Source of the DNA: Phyllobates terribilis
Lineage: Eukaryota
DNA: 64,000 nt
Direction of reading: 5' to 3'
Assembly: GCF_046119375.1 (NCBI RefSeq)
Contig: NW_027362765.1
Location: forward strand, 122,636,001-122,700,000
Below, piece after piece: positions 60,605 through 64,000 of this stretch. The notes below the pieces were generated by a model that ran no database searches, was not told the origin of the DNA, and was given only the letters and a program-made list of their open reading frames with translations. Each line of letters opens with the position of its first letter. Position 1 is the stretch's first letter. Made by a program: the position numbers and the translations under genes.

Positions 60605-61522
60605 TGTGACGCCACCAGTGGGATGTGGCTATAGGTGGTCGCCACTGCTGAAAGAGACCGCTGGGGCCATTGGTGACGCAGCTGGGATGGATTTGCTCCC
60701 CATGGGTAGATCGGGGCCCCAGGGCTACCGGTACGGTTTATGTAGGGGATTGTGGATGTTGGAGTGCAGGACTGAGGGTGCAGATAATGACCAGATGACA
60801 CAGGAATGGTGGTCTCCTCTACCTTTACTTGATGTTTGATGGTGCAGACTGGTGCACTGGTAACAGAAGGAAATGGAGATCTGGGCAGCCTAGAAGCAAT
60901 TTGGAATCCACCTCGCCAGGTGGGGTTGTAGGCCTTCCTTCTGCGCTGTCCTCTTTGGCCCTGCTGCCTAAAGCTATGCTGGGGCCCTCTTTCCTGAGTG
61001 ATTGTTAAATCCTAGCCCGTATGGCAGGCAGCTCGAGCCTTTTACAGGTGTCGCTCCTTCGTGGCGGGTCCGGGCTCTAGTATGCTGCTGAGCCGCCGGG
61101 TGTTTGGTGGGGCCAGGAGACCTGCAGTCTCCTGCCCTCCGGATTTAGCTGACGGGACTTCAGTACCCAAGCAACCACGGTCTCTGGCGCTTTACTCTGG
61201 GGCGAGCTTGGTCACAGCTCCCCTCCCCAGGTTCTCCCTCATCTTCCACTTGCTCTCCTCCGTCCCCAACTGACTCTCCTCCGTCTCCAACTGACTCTCT
61301 TCCATCTCCAACTGACTCCCCTAACCCCCGCCTCCGGGCCCCAATTTAAAGGGGAAGCTCCCCTGAAACCGGGTTAGAGCTCCCCCTTCTGGTCTGGAGC
61401 CAGGAAAAGTGTTGGATGCTGGTGTTACCTGATAAGGGGACCCCTCCTTGCTTCCAGGCATGGCATCACTCTCTGTGAGGGAGGCAATGCCAATGTGGCA
61501 ACCGGGCGCCTGGGGTGCCACA
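60605..61522 (-). mobile_element. Solo-type LTR distantly related to the 13331/22250 family; no TSD
   Basis: TGTGACGCC...GGTGCCACA termini. The minus-strand start TGTGGCACCCCAGG...CGGTTGCCACA...ATTGC resembles TGTAGCGCCCCGAGG...CGGTTGCTACA...ATTGC. Confidence 0.7.
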
Positions 61523-61808
61523 CATGCAACTAGTTTCTCCATGCAGGAGGCATCTTGCAGCCGTCAACATCAACAAAGGCCATTGTACGAAGTATTAAAT
61601 ACATTTCAGTAAGTGTGTTCAATACTTTTCCCTGTGTCATTTCTCATTATTACACATCATTTATGGACATTTATGGTTTGATTTATTTGCCTGTGTGGAC
61701 TGGATGGGTTGCTACCAACATCTGGTGAGAATTTCATGTCAATAGCACCTTTAGAAATATATTTACTTAGAAAATTGGTGACATGTTCAATACTTATTTC
61801 ACTCGCTG
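61523..61808 (+). mobile_element. Tc1 3' end and TIR
   Basis: AVNINKGHCTKY-stop, then TTCAATACTTATTTCACTCGCTG-TA. Confidence 0.8.
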
Positions 61809-63477
61809 TAGATTGTCTGCAGCTACTGCCATACATTTCTAAATGTTTGCACATTGTCATTAAGTTATATAAATATTCAGATAAAATAGAAGCAATTTAA
61901 GAAGCAGTATAACATTCTTCTATCAGGAGAAATGCTAATAAACATGATGTATGTCTTAATTTTGGCCTCAATCTTCACTCTAGAAAACTAAGTAATAATT
62001 AAGATTTAGTTCTTAGTTGCCTGTACATTTGGGAATTTTATAAATGAGACTACAGCAATTATGATGCTTTTCTGTCTTTATCATAATAGGCTCACTGCAT
62101 GGAGTTTCTGTATTTTATTGAACACTTTATGATTCATGTACTTTCTTGTATTTATGAATAGTATATAGAAGTTATTGCTTAGCCTTCACCTTTCCAAATC
62201 ACATTATCACATAGTAGCTCCAAAGTCAGCTTTATATAGATTGGAACTTAGATTGGCTAATGACCTCGTCCATGTTGTACCAATTGCAAAGGTTCAGCAG
62301 CAAAAGTTAAGGAGAATCAACATAGTGTTGTTACTCATCTGTCCTGGCTCCAGCACTGGGCTTTGCTCCCTTTTCCTTTGGCCGACTCCTTTTTCAGCAG
62401 TACTCAATGGGTTTCAAAGGTAACTCAACGATATCCTCTGACATCATAAAACTATGCCTTACAAAGCCAGCTCAGGCAGAGGTGAGGTGCTCAGGTATTA
62501 AGAAGCATTGTTCACTGTTGCTTTAAATTTGTCATTAGTTTTCTTCTGTTTCACTTGGCTAATCTGCAGATAGGTGTCTAATCATTCACATCTGCTACTT
62601 CCGACTTCCATCATGCGGCTAACATTTATTTTCAAGCTCAGTCCAACTTACTTGTTATTGGCCATACCTACCTACCTCTCAGCACACAACTTACCAACTC
62701 CTCATAACTGTTTGCGGTCCTGTTCAAAGTACTTTACCTCTTCAACTTGGCTCAGCTTTATCTGTGCTTCCTGCTCTGTTTGCCGCCCTGCGTACCCTGC
62801 TGCACTAGTCCTTGCTAATCCATGAATTATCTGTCAGGACTCTCTGCTGCATCATCGGCCCTGGAACATGTTGTTCACCTGGACCTAAGGCTTAGAGAAA
62901 ACACATTCCTAGGTGAGCCCTTAACAGGTGTATACATGGGGAGTATAGTTAGTGAGTAAATTAATTAATGGCTAGTTTCTGGTATAACCTTAGGCAAAAG
63001 GTTTGCTCAACATTAGCGTTTTTTCCTATTCTAGAAACCCTACTCAACTGGGTACTTGTAATCTGAGGTTGTATAGGCCTTTTATCCTTTTGAACTAATC
63101 AGGCGAGTTGAGTTGTCCTGAGCTGCCCTGGCATCTGCATATAAAATACTCCTTTTTATACATAAAAAAGGGGCAGATGCTGATGGGTCTGATCTTCACA
63201 TCGGGCCAATGGATTGCATTGTGTAGAACCTTTTATACAGAGCTCCTTACATAATTTAAGCAGCAGTGTATAAAAAGTGTGTAAAAGGTAACGACAATGC
63301 AAAATGGTTCAAGACAGGAATCTTTCTGCATCGTAAACCTTTCCCCACTGGACATGTGATGACTTAGAGCATAGCCGCTATCCAGTATTTCTGAGGACTA
63401 AATGCTTCTAGTATGGCACAAAGTGATTTCCAGGAAATGAACTGATATGATCAAGAAAGAGCTGTAAGAATGTTTAA

Positions 63478-63932
63478 AGGGGTTGTCTGGTCCAAATCGA
63501 TAAGTTTGCCGTCACTCTGTGTGACTACAGACTTATGAATCCCCCCAGTGCACGCACTATGCGCTGCGGGGATTCGCTGGTTTCTGAGACGGGACCAGAG
63601 GGTATGGGTTATACATACTCCCGGCCAGTGGGCGTGACCTCTCTTCCATACACTTGTATGGAGCGAGTCCACGCCCTGTAGTCAGCCACACCCACTGGAC
63701 GGCCACGTCTCTAGACGAGGCGTGGCCTCGCTCAATACAAAGTGTATGGAGCGAGGTCACACCCACTAGACAGGCTTTGGCCAGGAGTATGTGTAACTGA
63801 TACAAACCCTCCGGTTCTGATTCAGAAACTGGCGAATCCCCGCAGCGCACAGTGCATGCTCTGGGGGGGATTCATAAGTCTGTAGTCACACGGAGTGACT
63901 GCAGACTTATTGATTTGGACCGGACAACCTCT
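63478..63932. mobile_element. T2/Kolobok-type palindromic MITE
   Basis: TTAA-AGGGGTTGTCTGGTCCAAATC ... GATTTGGACCGGACAACCTCT-TTAA, with long inverted arms. Confidence 0.88.
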
Positions 63933-64000
63933 TTAAACATGATTACAGCTCTTTCTTGATTATATCAGTTCATTTCCTGTAAATAACTTTGTTTATAATT

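Noticed and set aside
56592-60801. Many short ORFs on both strands
   Set aside because: They are translations of the 31-bp minisatellite.

Overview
Vertebrate repeat-dense DNA, probably from a frog (inferred from the TTAA-target T2/Kolobok and piggyBac-like elements, a CR1 with a CTATGTAA tail, and an amphibian-like 18S V4 fragment). I could not identify any host gene exon. The dominant feature is a 12.2-kb hAT DNA transposon present twice. The complete copy spans 23262-35483 with an exact 8-bp TSD (GAGGCTAC). The other copy ends at 7850 and is cut by the window start. The two copies are about 99% identical but sit in different targets (a Gypsy-type LTR and a Tc1 element), so they look like independent transpositions and not a segmental duplication. 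The element encodes an uninterrupted 1226-aa BED-finger/DDE hAT transposase. It has 28 indel-free copies of a 110-bp repeat upstream of the ATG. Downstream it carries fixed cargo: a partial duplicate of its own transposase split by a Tc1, an L1 RT fragment split by a solo LTR, and about 280 nt of 18S rRNA (530-loop/h18 plus V4) in antisense orientation. The rest of the window is nested TE debris: Tc1 relics, solo LTRs with TSDs, Gypsy pol, CR1, piggyBac-like non-autonomous elements (one with a telomere-like array), MITEs, minisatellites and four degenerate Penelope-type hammerhead-like motifs. All identities and family calls were made by eye and from recalled consensus motifs; no searches were run.
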